Part shown: in pieces, positions 1 to 9,601 of the stretch | Position numbering within the stretch: the first letter of the stretch is position 1 | Layout of the letters: every line of letters begins with the position of its first letter | Origin: a virus | Strand: one strand, 5' to 3' | IMG/VR virus record: IMGVR_UViG_3300050821_017570 | Span: 32,001-96,000 of that record | DNA length: 64,000 nt | Made by a program: the position numbers and the translations under genes | The notes under the pieces: generated by a model | Seen by the model: the letters and a program-made list of their open reading frames with translations, nothing else | Told to the model about the DNA's origin: nothing | Database searches by the model: none

Positions 1-1
1 C

Positions 2-754
2 GGTCTGGGTAACAACGTAGATACCGTTATAGGGGGCGTTGCCACCGGACTCGTTCTTAACCAACACACGATCATTGGTGAGCGGGCTTCCGCCGTCGAT
101 CGAAAGGGCACCGTTGGCGTTAGCGGTGAGGGTACCACCGGCGGTCGAGCTGAACGTGTAGGCAGGGAGGGCGGCCGTGGTGGCCCACTCACAGGCAGCC
201 TTCGGAGTCAGACCGGCGGTTGACGCGTCAACATATGCCTTGGTGGCCGCATCCTGCGGGTTAACCGGATTGGCCAAGTTGGTGATGTTGTAGCCACCGT
301 TTGACCAGCTACCCGTAGGGGTCGTCAGGCTATTGACGGGAATCGCCTCAACCGCGGTGGTGAAGTCGCTGATCGTGCTGGCGGTTTGGGTGCCAGTCTG
401 GTTGGCACGGTTCAGATAGTAGGAACCGTTGTAGTAGGGGCCACCCGAACCGGTCGAATCGAGAGTCGTCGCCTGGCTGGCCGTACCCGTTAGATTGGCG
501 GTGATGGTGCCGGCAGAGAAGTTACCCGACCCGTCGCGCAGTACCTCAGTGTTGGGAGTATCGGCAGTCGTCGACGGATAGATGTACCACGAAGTGGTTC
601 CGTCGTACCAGCGAGGACGATCCACATCCGAGCGAAACCACAGCTGACCAACAACCGGTGAACCAGGATCAGAGCCGAGCTGCTGCAACTGTACGTTGAG
701 CAGCTGCAGCTGTGTCAGGTCGATCGGGGTCGTGAACTTCTTGGGTGCAGACAT
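2..754 (-). CDS. Virion structural/tail-fibre-like protein, runs off the left edge (missing from ORF track)
   Basis: Manual translation from ATG at 754: MSAPKKFTTPIDLTQLQLLNVQLQQL...NLANPVNPQDAATKAYVD...DRVLVKNES; DAATKAYVD-type motif typical of phage fibre proteins. Confidence 0.75.
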   Translation of the reverse strand, partial: MSAPKKFTTPIDLTQLQLLNVQLQQLGSDPGSPVVGQLWFRSDVDRPRWYDGTTSWYIYPSTTADTPNTEVLRDGSGNFSAGTITANLTGTASQATTLDSTGSGGPYYNGSYYLNRANQTGTQTASTISDFTTAVEAIPVNSLTTPTGSWSNGGYNITNLANPVNPQDAATKAYVDASTAGLTPKAACEWATTAALPAYTFSSTAGGTLTANANGALSIDGGSPLTNDRVLVKNESGGNAPYNGIYVVTQT

Positions 755-763
755 GGTGGCTCA

Positions 764-1354
764 CTAAGTCAGAATGGCAGTGCCGGAAAACGCGTAGATA
801 GACGAACTGGTGAGGCTGTTGCTATCTATATAAGCGATGGCTGTTTCTACGATAGTATTGGTAGAATCCATCACCGTTACGGCTGGGTAGGTACCTAGAT
901 TATGATTGATGGTCCAAATTGCAGCCGCAACCCCTTGGGTGTAGAGGAAGGAGCCTTTGGTCCTATAGAGGGTGTCGGCTTCTGCTTCGCTCAGTCCGGG
1001 GGCAGCCAGTTGCCCCCAATATGGGGCAAGCGATGACGGCGGCACCCCAAGACTAGGTTCCAGCGCTAGATAGCTACCGCCTTGGTAGGCGACAATGTCG
1101 TTAACGAAATAACTGTCCGAGGACACCCAGTCGCCTCGGAAGTTGAAATCGACGTTACCACTGGAACCAACCTGTATCCACTGAGCCGCACCTGGGGTGT
1201 TGTCGCTGCACGCGTATAGGGTGAATGGGCTTACACCACGGTTCACCCATAGCATGCCATTGATGAACCCGGAATTCGCATCATCTGTAGTAGTTGGCGC
1301 CGCTACTTGATACGACACCATTGACGGGGACGTATTGCGAGCAATTGTGCGCAC
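764..1354 (-). CDS. Virion fibre/decoration protein with shared N-terminal module
   Basis: N-terminus highly similar to 1430..3991; FRGDWVSSDSYFVNDIVAYQGGSY carbohydrate-binding-like repeat; WTINHNLGTYPAVTV motif. Confidence 0.7.
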   Translation of the reverse strand: MRTIARNTSPSMVSYQVAAPTTTDDANSGFINGMLWVNRGVSPFTLYACSDNTPGAAQWIQVGSSGNVDFNFRGDWVSSDSYFVNDIVAYQGGSYLALEPSLGVPPSSLAPYWGQLAAPGLSEAEADTLYRTKGSFLYTQGVAAAIWTINHNLGTYPAVTVMDSTNTIVETAIAYIDSNSLTSSSIYAFSGTAILT

Positions 1355-1429
1355 GATTGAAAGATTATGACGGTAACGTTACCGTCCTAGCCCATAATCT
1401 TGTGTTGCATGGCAAAACACTCAATAACC

Positions 1430-3991
1430 CTAAGTAAACGCGCAATAATGCCAGGATCCACCATAGTAGGCCCATAGCTTACCATCTACCGGATCAATGC
1501 GGCACGCGATCCCATTGGGAAACGACGACTGTAAAACCGGGAAGCCTGTCGGTGCCCCTGGGGTGGAAGGCATGAAAAAGAAGCCAACCTGATCCGCGAC
1601 GTTAAACCCGCTTGGGTTACCCATCCCGACGTCACCACCCGATACCGTGTTGAGCCCTAACGGAAGTGCCCCAACGCCGTTCTGCTGGACCTGGACGGTC
1701 AATCCGGTGGGGCCGACTCCAAAGTCAGCCTGATAGGGAGTCGAGCCGTCAGGTACCAGAATGCGGAATGGGCCATCGGTTTCGACCCTACCGCCACTCG
1801 GGTTAAGGATTAGAGGGATGCTGCTGACGCCAGAATCCTGCGAATCAATGGTGTTGCCGGTGAGGTTGGATTCCATCCAAAGGATAGGGTTATGACCAGG
1901 CGAGGGAAGCCCCTGAACGATAAGGTTGGGAAACTCCCCCATCACGTTGATGGGCGACTCATTCGTATAGATGGCCTCGACCTCTACCAACGCATTCGCA
2001 CCTGTCCCACCATAGAGGGGCTGAGTGAGCTGGAAAAGCAGATTTGCATCTCCGGTAATTCGCGGGACAAACTTAAGCGTAATCGGACGCCACTCTGGCG
2101 TCATCTGAAGTTGCTGCGAATAGTGGTTGGTACCACCAGGGACTGCTTCCCAAATCGACACCTGTAGGAATGACAACGGATTTGACGAAGCTGCCTTCAC
2201 ATTCAGCTTCATAAAGATTGGTTTGCCAGCCACGACAGCTGACCCAGGCGCCAAGAGTGCCTGAATGGCAGACGTGGGGGTGGGTAGCGAAATCGCACCA
2301 GCGGATAACCGTCCATACGGGTTAAGTGTCGGGGTACAGGTTGCACCGCTCTGAAGGGAGAACCCATTGATAAGGTTGTAAGCGTTGTATCCAATCGTCA
2401 GGAGGGCGAACCCCACCATATCGTTGGACGTTAGCTGCGAGGTATCGTGCCCAGACTGGATCCGACCCCGTGGGTCTATGACAAACCCCATACCGGCGAC
2501 GTTCGATATATTGACCGAATAGAATGACGCCGTCCCAACCCCATCACCATAAAAGGGACCAAACTGATTGTCCGAATTATAGGCATCCGGATCAGGCTGG
2601 TAGAGCATCTGAAGGATGTAGGCGGGCGGGTACGGCAGCAAACACAACGGGCCAAACATGCATCCACGCAGATTAGGACACGTACTGTAGACGAATGGTG
2701 GAGATGGACTCCATCCCCCAACCTCGCACCCATTGAAGATGTGACCGGCAATGTATCCGTTGCTCACCCCGATCGCTACCGTCAACCCAGACACGCTACC
2801 TGCGGTGCCTGGGGCGGCCAAGACGGCGGTAGTGGGGTTGGTGACACTAGCGATGGTGGTGTGGAGGCTCAGTCCATATTGGAGCCCCTGCTTAACCACA
2901 ACGTTGCGCCCAACATCAGCAGACGTGAACACAGCGGTCGCGCTGGTGAGGGTGGTGGAATTATTCATCACCCCATCGGTTACGCTACGCCCCAACAGCG
3001 GCAGTCTGCCACCAGTATCTGAACCGGTCGAAAGATCCTCATCCGCATAGCAGACCGGAATCTCTGCCGTGCTGAGGTTCTCGCCACCAAACTTTGCAAC
3101 ACATGAGAAGCCCTGACCGGCGGGTTCATAAACCGGCGATGGTACCACCCACAGACCATAACGGCCATACGTGGTGTACGGATTGAGCCGAATGAACTCG
3201 CAAGCATGGATGTATGCGGCGTCCCCGCCCTGCATGAGCTTCAGACCCACACGATTATTGTTGAAGGCACATGAGATCCATGCCGACGAGTCAGGCTTAC
3301 CCGAGTGGGCAAACCCAATGGTCGTCTCGTCATTAGCGGCATTGAAGGTACAGTTCTGGACATGCCAATACGGCATATCTGAGGCCTGCGTATAGACAGC
3401 ACACCGCGTGTATTGAAGGAAATCCACATCACGAATCACATGTTGGTTCGTGACATTCACGCCAGTGAATAGGTGCTGAACCGCCCCAAGCCCACCACTA
3501 AACGAGATACCTTCTAGGTGAAAGCTGGTCCACTTGAGTGACGAACTGACAAAATAATTGCCAGATAGGACGATGCTGGTGACGGCGCGCCCATCGCCAA
3601 TGATGACAAGATTCGCGCCAGAGAGACCGGATCCGGTGGTGTAGTGGTAGGTCGAAGCTGGGAAGTAGAGCGCTAGGTTGCCAGATATGGCTACCGCCGC
3701 AGCTGCGTTGATCGCAGCGGTGTCATCCCCACCGGTCCCGACGTTCAGACCATAATTCTTAACATTCACCCACGCGACAGGTGTTCCGGTCGCACTGGTT
3801 GTCCCAACCTGGATCCATTGAGCCGCACCTGGGGTGTTATCGCTACACGCGTAGAGAGTAAACGGAGTTGTGGCTCTATTTACCCACAACATACCGTTAA
3901 TAAAACCTACCGTTGCGCTGTCATCGATTCCTGGCGCATGGGTCTTGTAGACCACCATCGCTGGTGACGTAGTGCGGGCGATGGTTCTCAC
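1430..3991 (-). CDS. Tail fibre/tailspike with pectate-lyase-like beta-helix (putative depolymerase)
   Basis: VNVKNYGLNVGTGGDDTAAINAA motif (pectate_lyase_3-like start), G/N/T-rich beta-helix-like sequence, fibre-like C-terminus. Confidence 0.7.
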   Translation of the reverse strand: MRTIARTTSPAMVVYKTHAPGIDDSATVGFINGMLWVNRATTPFTLYACSDNTPGAAQWIQVGTTSATGTPVAWVNVKNYGLNVGTGGDDTAAINAAAAVAISGNLALYFPASTYHYTTGSGLSGANLVIIGDGRAVTSIVLSGNYFVSSSLKWTSFHLEGISFSGGLGAVQHLFTGVNVTNQHVIRDVDFLQYTRCAVYTQASDMPYWHVQNCTFNAANDETTIGFAHSGKPDSSAWISCAFNNNRVGLKLMQGGDAAYIHACEFIRLNPYTTYGRYGLWVVPSPVYEPAGQGFSCVAKFGGENLSTAEIPVCYADEDLSTGSDTGGRLPLLGRSVTDGVMNNSTTLTSATAVFTSADVGRNVVVKQGLQYGLSLHTTIASVTNPTTAVLAAPGTAGSVSGLTVAIGVSNGYIAGHIFNGCEVGGWSPSPPFVYSTCPNLRGCMFGPLCLLPYPPAYILQMLYQPDPDAYNSDNQFGPFYGDGVGTASFYSVNISNVAGMGFVIDPRGRIQSGHDTSQLTSNDMVGFALLTIGYNAYNLINGFSLQSGATCTPTLNPYGRLSAGAISLPTPTSAIQALLAPGSAVVAGKPIFMKLNVKAASSNPLSFLQVSIWEAVPGGTNHYSQQLQMTPEWRPITLKFVPRITGDANLLFQLTQPLYGGTGANALVEVEAIYTNESPINVMGEFPNLIVQGLPSPGHNPILWMESNLTGNTIDSQDSGVSSIPLILNPSGGRVETDGPFRILVPDGSTPYQADFGVGPTGLTVQVQQNGVGALPLGLNTVSGGDVGMGNPSGFNVADQVGFFFMPSTPGAPTGFPVLQSSFPNGIACRIDPVDGKLWAYYGGSWHYCAFT

Positions 3992-4035
3992 GATGCTAGG
4001 CCAGCGTCGGTTAAATTAATCGGTCAGGATGGACA

Positions 4036-6183
4036 TCATGAGAGTACGACTGACTTCCATGCACCGTTGTAGGCGTAGAGCTTGTTGTCCGTGGTGTCGT
4101 AGCAAAGCGCTACGGTGGCACCGTGCGTGGTTGGGGTCCCGGTTGGGGCGCCAGCGACCGATGGGATATAGAGGAAACCATCAGTCGCCGCGTTAGCCAG
4201 TACGGTATTACCGATGACAGCAGACGCGGTCGCAACCGCCAGTGTGCCGTCAACGTGTAGGATTCCGCCACCGGTCCAGATATCGGAATTATAGTTCGTA
4301 TTCAGGAACAGTGACGAGCCACCAGGTGCCTCGATATAGAGGGCGTTACCGGCCACATAAATGGATCCGGTGGTGCCGTTGTTGGGCGCAACCTTGTCAC
4401 TGAAATTTAGAATCGCACTACCCGCGCTCTGTAGGGAGAGCCACGCCGTACCGGTGGTGGCGGATGCGGTATCGGTGATATTGATCACCAAGCCCTGGAA
4501 GGCCACCGATGCGCTGTTCCAGATCTGGGTGATCGTCAGAGGAGGCGTGCTGGCCGTAACGGTCCCACCAGCCATCGTCGAGGCTCCGCTGGCCCCCACA
4601 TGGAGGACACCGTTGCAGAAATCAACATCCGCACCATACGGATTGAAATAGAACGGAAGATACGAGACCCCAACCTGCTGGGCCTGGAATGCTGCCGAAA
4701 CCCCTGCGGTGACGTCGAGGAAGATGCATGTCCCACCAGTGGTGACCCCGTTTCCGATATAGAGCGGGTTGCCGACATCGCTGTAGAGGAAGGCGTGGTT
4801 GGCAGCAATGAACTGAAGGTACCCACTGTTGATCTGGACGCTTCCACCGTTGAAGACGGTCCCACCGGGCTGTACCGAGAATGTGGATGACCCCCCAACC
4901 TGCACATCGAGAATCTTAGAGCCAGCCGCAGACGCAGTATTCGTTACGTCAATTATGACGGTTTCGAAATTGACCGACCCGTTGTTCCAGGTCTGGCTGA
5001 CACTAATCAACGGAGTGCTGGCAGTAACGGTCGCATTCGGGAACACAATTGGGCCGGCACCCAGTGGGCCCACAACCGTGCTGGCGTGCTGGTAGTAAAG
5101 CCCAGACGTCGTCATCCAGATGTCGCCATCGCTTGGCGTGCTGGGCGCGGTACCTTCAGCGATATTGAGCGCCGCAGCGGCTGCAGAGGCGGCTGGGAAA
5201 AGGGCTCGGTATCCGGTGCTGACAAAGTGCACATCACCGCCAGCCCCATTGAACGAGATCGGCAGGTAAGAGGTGCCTTCCTGCTGAGCCTGGAAGGTGA
5301 CGCTGACCCCGGGGTTAATTTGCAGCTCAAGATTGCTGTTACCGGAGCCAACCCCATTACCGAAGAAGAGATTGTTAGGCCCAACCGTGCTGACCAGGAT
5401 GTAAGCCCCACCGGTGAACTGGAGATACCTACCCGTCCCATTGAGGGTCAGGGCGGTACCATCGAACGTCAGTGCGCTAGAGCCCGTCAGAATGTCGGGC
5501 CCACTCCCGTAGGCGACCTGATTGGTTGCGGCGCTCCCACCGAGTCCGCCCATCAGGGGACCCACTACACCGCTACCGTAGTTGTAGAACAACCCTGCGG
5601 TGGTCATCCAGACGTCACCGTTGTTAGGAATCGACGGAGCAGTGCCGAACGGGATGTTGAGGCTCGCGGTGAGAGACGTCGACGCTGGAGTCAGCACCTG
5701 ACCAATCGTCTGCAGCGACCCCTGCACCACCGTATTGCCACTACCCGCGATGGTGACCTGTGTGGTTGATCCGGCGACAAAGTTGAGGGTGCCGCCGTTA
5801 CCGTAGAGGCTCCAACCCGGACTACGACCATCACGGTCATGAAGGCTGAGCGCGGTCATGCTGCCAGCCAACTGGAGGGCTCCCCCGTCCGTATACGTTA
5901 GGTTGCTGGTTCCGGTGATGGTGTCTGTAGAGACACCAAACGCCACCTGGTTCGCCGAAATCGACCCACCGATACTTCCGCCTCCACCCCCGCCACCAAC
6001 CTGACCCCACGATGCGGCCCCGACGCTATTATCGGCACACATGTAAATCGTGCCAGGCGTGGTACTTGTATTGACCCAAAGCGTACCCGGTAGGTAGCCT
6101 ACCGACAAATCATCCGAGACCGTCGGTGCAGACGGATGATAGAAAACCGTTGATTTAAGAGTGTTGAAGCCCCATCGCAGCAT
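4036..6183 (-). CDS. Tail fibre protein with internal repeats
   Basis: G/S/T-rich; duplicated segments (GTAPS..GD.WMTT.GL; TVTASTP...Q.WN); C-terminus similar to 1430..3991. Confidence 0.7.
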   Translation of the reverse strand: MLRWGFNTLKSTVFYHPSAPTVSDDLSVGYLPGTLWVNTSTTPGTIYMCADNSVGAASWGQVGGGGGGGSIGGSISANQVAFGVSTDTITGTSNLTYTDGGALQLAGSMTALSLHDRDGRSPGWSLYGNGGTLNFVAGSTTQVTIAGSGNTVVQGSLQTIGQVLTPASTSLTASLNIPFGTAPSIPNNGDVWMTTAGLFYNYGSGVVGPLMGGLGGSAATNQVAYGSGPDILTGSSALTFDGTALTLNGTGRYLQFTGGAYILVSTVGPNNLFFGNGVGSGNSNLELQINPGVSVTFQAQQEGTSYLPISFNGAGGDVHFVSTGYRALFPAASAAAAALNIAEGTAPSTPSDGDIWMTTSGLYYQHASTVVGPLGAGPIVFPNATVTASTPLISVSQTWNNGSVNFETVIIDVTNTASAAGSKILDVQVGGSSTFSVQPGGTVFNGGSVQINSGYLQFIAANHAFLYSDVGNPLYIGNGVTTGGTCIFLDVTAGVSAAFQAQQVGVSYLPFYFNPYGADVDFCNGVLHVGASGASTMAGGTVTASTPPLTITQIWNSASVAFQGLVINITDTASATTGTAWLSLQSAGSAILNFSDKVAPNNGTTGSIYVAGNALYIEAPGGSSLFLNTNYNSDIWTGGGILHVDGTLAVATASAVIGNTVLANAATDGFLYIPSVAGAPTGTPTTHGATVALCYDTTDNKLYAYNGAWKSVVLS

Positions 6184-6313
6184 ACCCTAATATTAGGCAG
6201 CCAGGTAGCGCAACAACCTCAAGTGCCAAAAAGGCTCAGGCTGCCCCATGAGAGCAGCCTGAGCAGATTCCCATCCACCAACACTAATCTGTCCCTATCA
6301 ACGATTAGAGATC

Positions 6314-6559
6314 TTAGGACTCTTCGGACTGGCGCAACTCTTTTTTCCGTTTGTGGTCGACCCAACTCATCAGCAGGATCCACAGCAAGGGTAGGACGAC
6401 AAACGCCATCACATCGATTGCCAGCATTGGATCTAGGTGGTGCCTAGACGGGGATGTCTCCACCGATGGTTGTGGGAAAATCGGTTCATGAACCTGATTC
6501 AGTACCACCACAGGTGCGACATCCATAAGGGTCCTTAGGTGAGGAGACGGGCTCCACAT
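6314..6559 (-). CDS. Small membrane protein
   Basis: One hydrophobic segment LAIDVMAFVVLPLLWILLMSWV followed by a basic tail. Confidence 0.4.
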   Translation of the reverse strand: MWSPSPHLRTLMDVAPVVVLNQVHEPIFPQPSVETSPSRHHLDPMLAIDVMAFVVLPLLWILLMSWVDHKRKKELRQSEES

Positions 6560-7254
6560 GAGACGCAGTACTTGGCCCCATCAATCCTCTTGGCACCGCA
6601 GGCGTGGCAATAGAGAGCCGGAGCCGTTGTACCGGTTTTGCTGGTGAGTCGGAAGTTAAACGTGACAGGAACCGACGAGACATCGCCATTCCAGTACACG
6701 TTCGTGAACTGTTGATTTGACGACGAGCCTTCGACGGTTTTCATCGGCTCAACCGGCATGGCAGCCTGAAGGTTGCCACAGAAATTGAGCTGCTGCGGCT
6801 CCGCACCGGCCGAGTACATACACCCAATGGTGTCACCAGGATACCAATAACCCTGACCCATTTGTGCGGTAAACGTGCGAAGGATTGGCGGGCTATAGAG
6901 TTGGATCTCTTCCCACACGTCCACACGGATCAGTCCGTTGGTTGGGCTGGTGGGGTCGCCGGTACCATCAGAGCTAGCCAGCACGGCTTTGAACCGTTTG
7001 TCGCTGTCCTGGAATCGCTCCAGATCGACTGAGCCGTACGAGGGGACAACCAGGCCACACATGACCTTGGTCCCATCGATCGTCACATCGACTCGCCGAC
7101 GCTCACACTTGAGATTACGGACACGGAGCATGTACTCAGTGTCATGGTCGATCGCTATACGAGCCGTATTGGTGATCTTGTCGTGGTCGAACTCTCGGAG
7201 GACTGAGCCACCCTTAGCCACCACCATAATAGATACAAAGCTGTCACGATGCAC
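6535..7254 (-). CDS. Hypothetical protein with C-terminal zinc ribbon
   Basis: AAGGAG RBS before GTG; C-terminal CHACG...YCVSCG. Confidence 0.6.
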   Translation of the reverse strand: MHRDSFVSIMVVAKGGSVLREFDHDKITNTARIAIDHDTEYMLRVRNLKCERRRVDVTIDGTKVMCGLVVPSYGSVDLERFQDSDKRFKAVLASSDGTGDPTSPTNGLIRVDVWEEIQLYSPPILRTFTAQMGQGYWYPGDTIGCMYSAGAEPQQLNFCGNLQAAMPVEPMKTVEGSSSNQQFTNVYWNGDVSSVPVTFNFRLTSKTGTTAPALYCHACGAKRIDGAKYCVSCGARLLT

Positions 7255-7353
7255 GATAGGCTCCTTTATTTGTTAAGCTGACGGTCTAGGCAGCTGTGGG
7301 TTAAAGACCGTAGAACCTGTGCCCGTGCACCCTAATCGGATCAAATCAATATG

Positions 7354-7956
7354 TCAAGACGAAGGTAATGCAACCAATCTAGCATGCAGCTTTCGATGAC
7401 AGTTCTCACAGATACAGATACATTTTGCCAACTCGGCAATCACTTCTTCTACCGGCCTATGGTTCCAAACCATACGAGAAACCGAACTCTCTTTCTCAGT
7501 CGGATTCAGGTGATGGGCTACCAAGCAACATAGAGTTTTTTCATCACAGATCGCACAGCCATTGGCACGAAATGCATCAACAAGATCACGTAGTCTTTTA
7601 TGCCGTTCCTTTTGTCGAACTTGTCCAGCAGCACGTCTGCGACTTATAACAGCTGGATCGGTACACCTGAGTCGACTCAAGCCGTTATAGACGATAACAC
7701 AAGGTTTACAGAATCTGTGTAATCCGTCCTTGTAATTACTATGCGCATAAAATTCTGTCTTCGGCTTCTCTAATCCGCATCTCGAACAGATCTTTACACC
7801 GTCATAATCAGGTTTGTACTTTATAGCTGGCTTATGCGGATACCTCGATTTGCAGACTCGACAGTAATAACTTAGGCCATCTTTAGTAGCCTTGTCTTTA
7901 TTAAACGCCTCAAACGGTTTTTCTTGCCGGCATCTAGAGCAACACTTTGTACTCAT
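7354..7956 (-). CDS. HNH (homing) endonuclease with N-terminal Cys-rich repeats
   Basis: Two CxxC..K.DGL..CxxC repeats; CAIC..AHHLNP..CENCHRKLH; visibly AT-richer than flanks. Confidence 0.75.
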   Translation of the reverse strand: MSTKCCSRCRQEKPFEAFNKDKATKDGLSYYCRVCKSRYPHKPAIKYKPDYDGVKICSRCGLEKPKTEFYAHSNYKDGLHRFCKPCVIVYNGLSRLRCTDPAVISRRRAAGQVRQKERHKRLRDLVDAFRANGCAICDEKTLCCLVAHHLNPTEKESSVSRMVWNHRPVEEVIAELAKCICICENCHRKLHARLVALPSS

Positions 7957-7988
7957 GACACGAGTACTGTACGGTTCTTACTTCTAAA

Positions 7989-8492
7989 TCAATCCTTAGG
8001 CGGTCGCAACGACGCCGGCATCCGGGCTGGATGCGGAAGCGGCTGGGCGACACCCTTCAGGCCCACCAATCGGTTCTGCTCGGCCAGCAGTTGCTCGATA
8101 TAGACGGCTTCCCACAGATTCGCATGTTGAGTTTTCGGATACAAGGCTTCCCACTGAAAGAACCGCTTCGAATGGTCCGGCTCATTCTTTACCGGAAATT
8201 GGTCCTGGAACGTGTGACATAGTTCATGCCACAGGATGGCGTCCAACACCTCTTTGGGGACCCAATCGGCCGCTAACACGAGGCTGATATAGATGACCTG
8301 TTCATCGGACGCGTAGATACCGAAGACGATGTTTCGCTTACTGGCTCGCTTCGGATACATCCACACGCACACCGGCAGTACTTTTTGCCAGGGCGCATAT
8401 TTGTCCCGTAGCTTGCGAAGCCTCGCATTGAGATCGGGTGGACCGGATGGCTTACCCATACCGTCATGTTCAGGTATGGGTAAGCGGAACAA
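7989..8492 (-). CDS. SprT/YgjP-like zinc metalloprotease
   Basis: ILWHELCH (HExxH) followed by DHSKRF. Confidence 0.65.
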   Translation of the reverse strand: MFRLPIPEHDGMGKPSGPPDLNARLRKLRDKYAPWQKVLPVCVWMYPKRASKRNIVFGIYASDEQVIYISLVLAADWVPKEVLDAILWHELCHTFQDQFPVKNEPDHSKRFFQWEALYPKTQHANLWEAVYIEQLLAEQNRLVGLKGVAQPLPHPARMPASLRPPKD

Positions 8493-8509
8493 CCAGGAGA
8501 GCTAGAAGG

Positions 8510-8698
8510 TCACGGCCAGACTAGTTCCAGCTTAGCGAAGCCTGTATCGAACTCCTTGACACCATGGTCGTTAAAGCGAATCACGATGCTACCATAGCCA
8601 GCGTAATCCTTCACCTCAATGACGATGCCGTGGCCGAACAGTGGGTGCGCCACCTCCTGGCCGGGCCGAAGCTCCAATATCTCCTCGGGCGACAGCAT
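8510..8698 (-). CDS. Stand-alone Tudor/SH3-like domain (resembles UvrD/PcrA C-terminal domain)
   Basis: GQEVAHPLFGHGIVIEV..IVIRF..GVKEF..FAKL pattern. Confidence 0.55.
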   Translation of the reverse strand: MLSPEEILELRPGQEVAHPLFGHGIVIEVKDYAGYGSIVIRFNDHGVKEFDTGFAKLELVWP

Positions 8699-9162
8699 TA
8701 GTGGTTAGGAGGCAGCTGGGGTGGCGGATGGACCAAGAGCTGAAACGGTGTGGTGTTTTCGGCCTCAGGCTCGCCCTCACTATCATAGGCTTTCTGCACA
8801 ATCAGCCGGTAGTACTTTTTCGTTATCCGATGACCCGTCTGATCGATAATCGGCACGGCTATGTCGTAGGTACCCGAATGGGCAGTTTCGATCACGATGA
8901 TGTATTGGGTCGCGTGGGTACCATCATCTAGTTGATAAAAAGCACCCGGCTCAATCATTGCGACCCGAATGCCTGGCTGGGCCTCAGGCTCGATCGCCTT
9001 ATTGGGATCCGAACAGGTGGCAAACAAATCTGCATAGTCACCAGCCGTGCAGACCACGGTATGAACGTGCGCGGGATCCACTGGCGTATCGACAGCAACG
9101 CCTGGGGTGCTAGCGCCCCAGGCGAGACAGCCAATCAGCCAGACGAGCCAATACGCCTTCAC
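8698..9162 (-). CDS. Secreted Ig-like protein (paralog of 9159..9584)
   Basis: Signal peptide; DG...Q..IVIE...SG.YD....I.D.TG pattern shared with neighbour. Confidence 0.55.
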   Translation of the reverse strand: MKAYWLVWLIGCLAWGASTPGVAVDTPVDPAHVHTVVCTAGDYADLFATCSDPNKAIEPEAQPGIRVAMIEPGAFYQLDDGTHATQYIIVIETAHSGTYDIAVPIIDQTGHRITKKYYRLIVQKAYDSEGEPEAENTTPFQLLVHPPPQLPPNH

Positions 9163-9584
9163 GGCGTCACAGGAGCCGCTGGCTGAGGCAGTGAGGGCAG
9201 GGGGTCCGACGGATCTGGCGCCGTCACGTTGATCTTTCGAAGCTGCTGATACACAATCTTTCCAGTTGCGTCAGCAATGTCGAAATGGACATCATAGGAA
9301 CCGGCGATATCGCACTCGATGACCACACGATGCGTCTGTACGGTCACACCATCCGACAGCACGTCGGTACCAGTGTCCTCATCATCAACCACCTTCAGGC
9401 CAGCCGGAAGAGCTGGGGCGACAAGATGTTCGCTATCCAGGTAGATGAAGTGGATCTCACCCACCTGACCAACCTTGGGGGCGTCGACCTGAACGGTCGA
9501 ATGGGGGATGACCGGCGCGTCGGCCGCCACGAGAGACGAAGCCATCAGGAGTGACGCCATAAGCGTCATGAACGGGAATCGCAT
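9159..9584 (-). CDS. Secreted Ig-like protein (paralog of 8698..9162)
   Basis: Signal peptide ending LVAA/DAP; shared beta-rich pattern. Confidence 0.55.
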   Translation of the reverse strand: MRFPFMTLMASLLMASSLVAADAPVIPHSTVQVDAPKVGQVGEIHFIYLDSEHLVAPALPAGLKVVDDEDTGTDVLSDGVTVQTHRVVIECDIAGSYDVHFDIADATGKIVYQQLRKINVTAPDPSDPLPSLPQPAAPVTP

Positions 9585-9601
9585 AGGTTGTCCTAGCCGG
9601 G

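Noticed and set aside
7258-7350. Possible riboswitch or structured leader upstream of 6535..7254 (ACGGTCT/AGACCGT pairing, GGTTCTAC)
   Set aside because: I could not match a complete family consensus by eye; an Infernal/Rfam scan is needed
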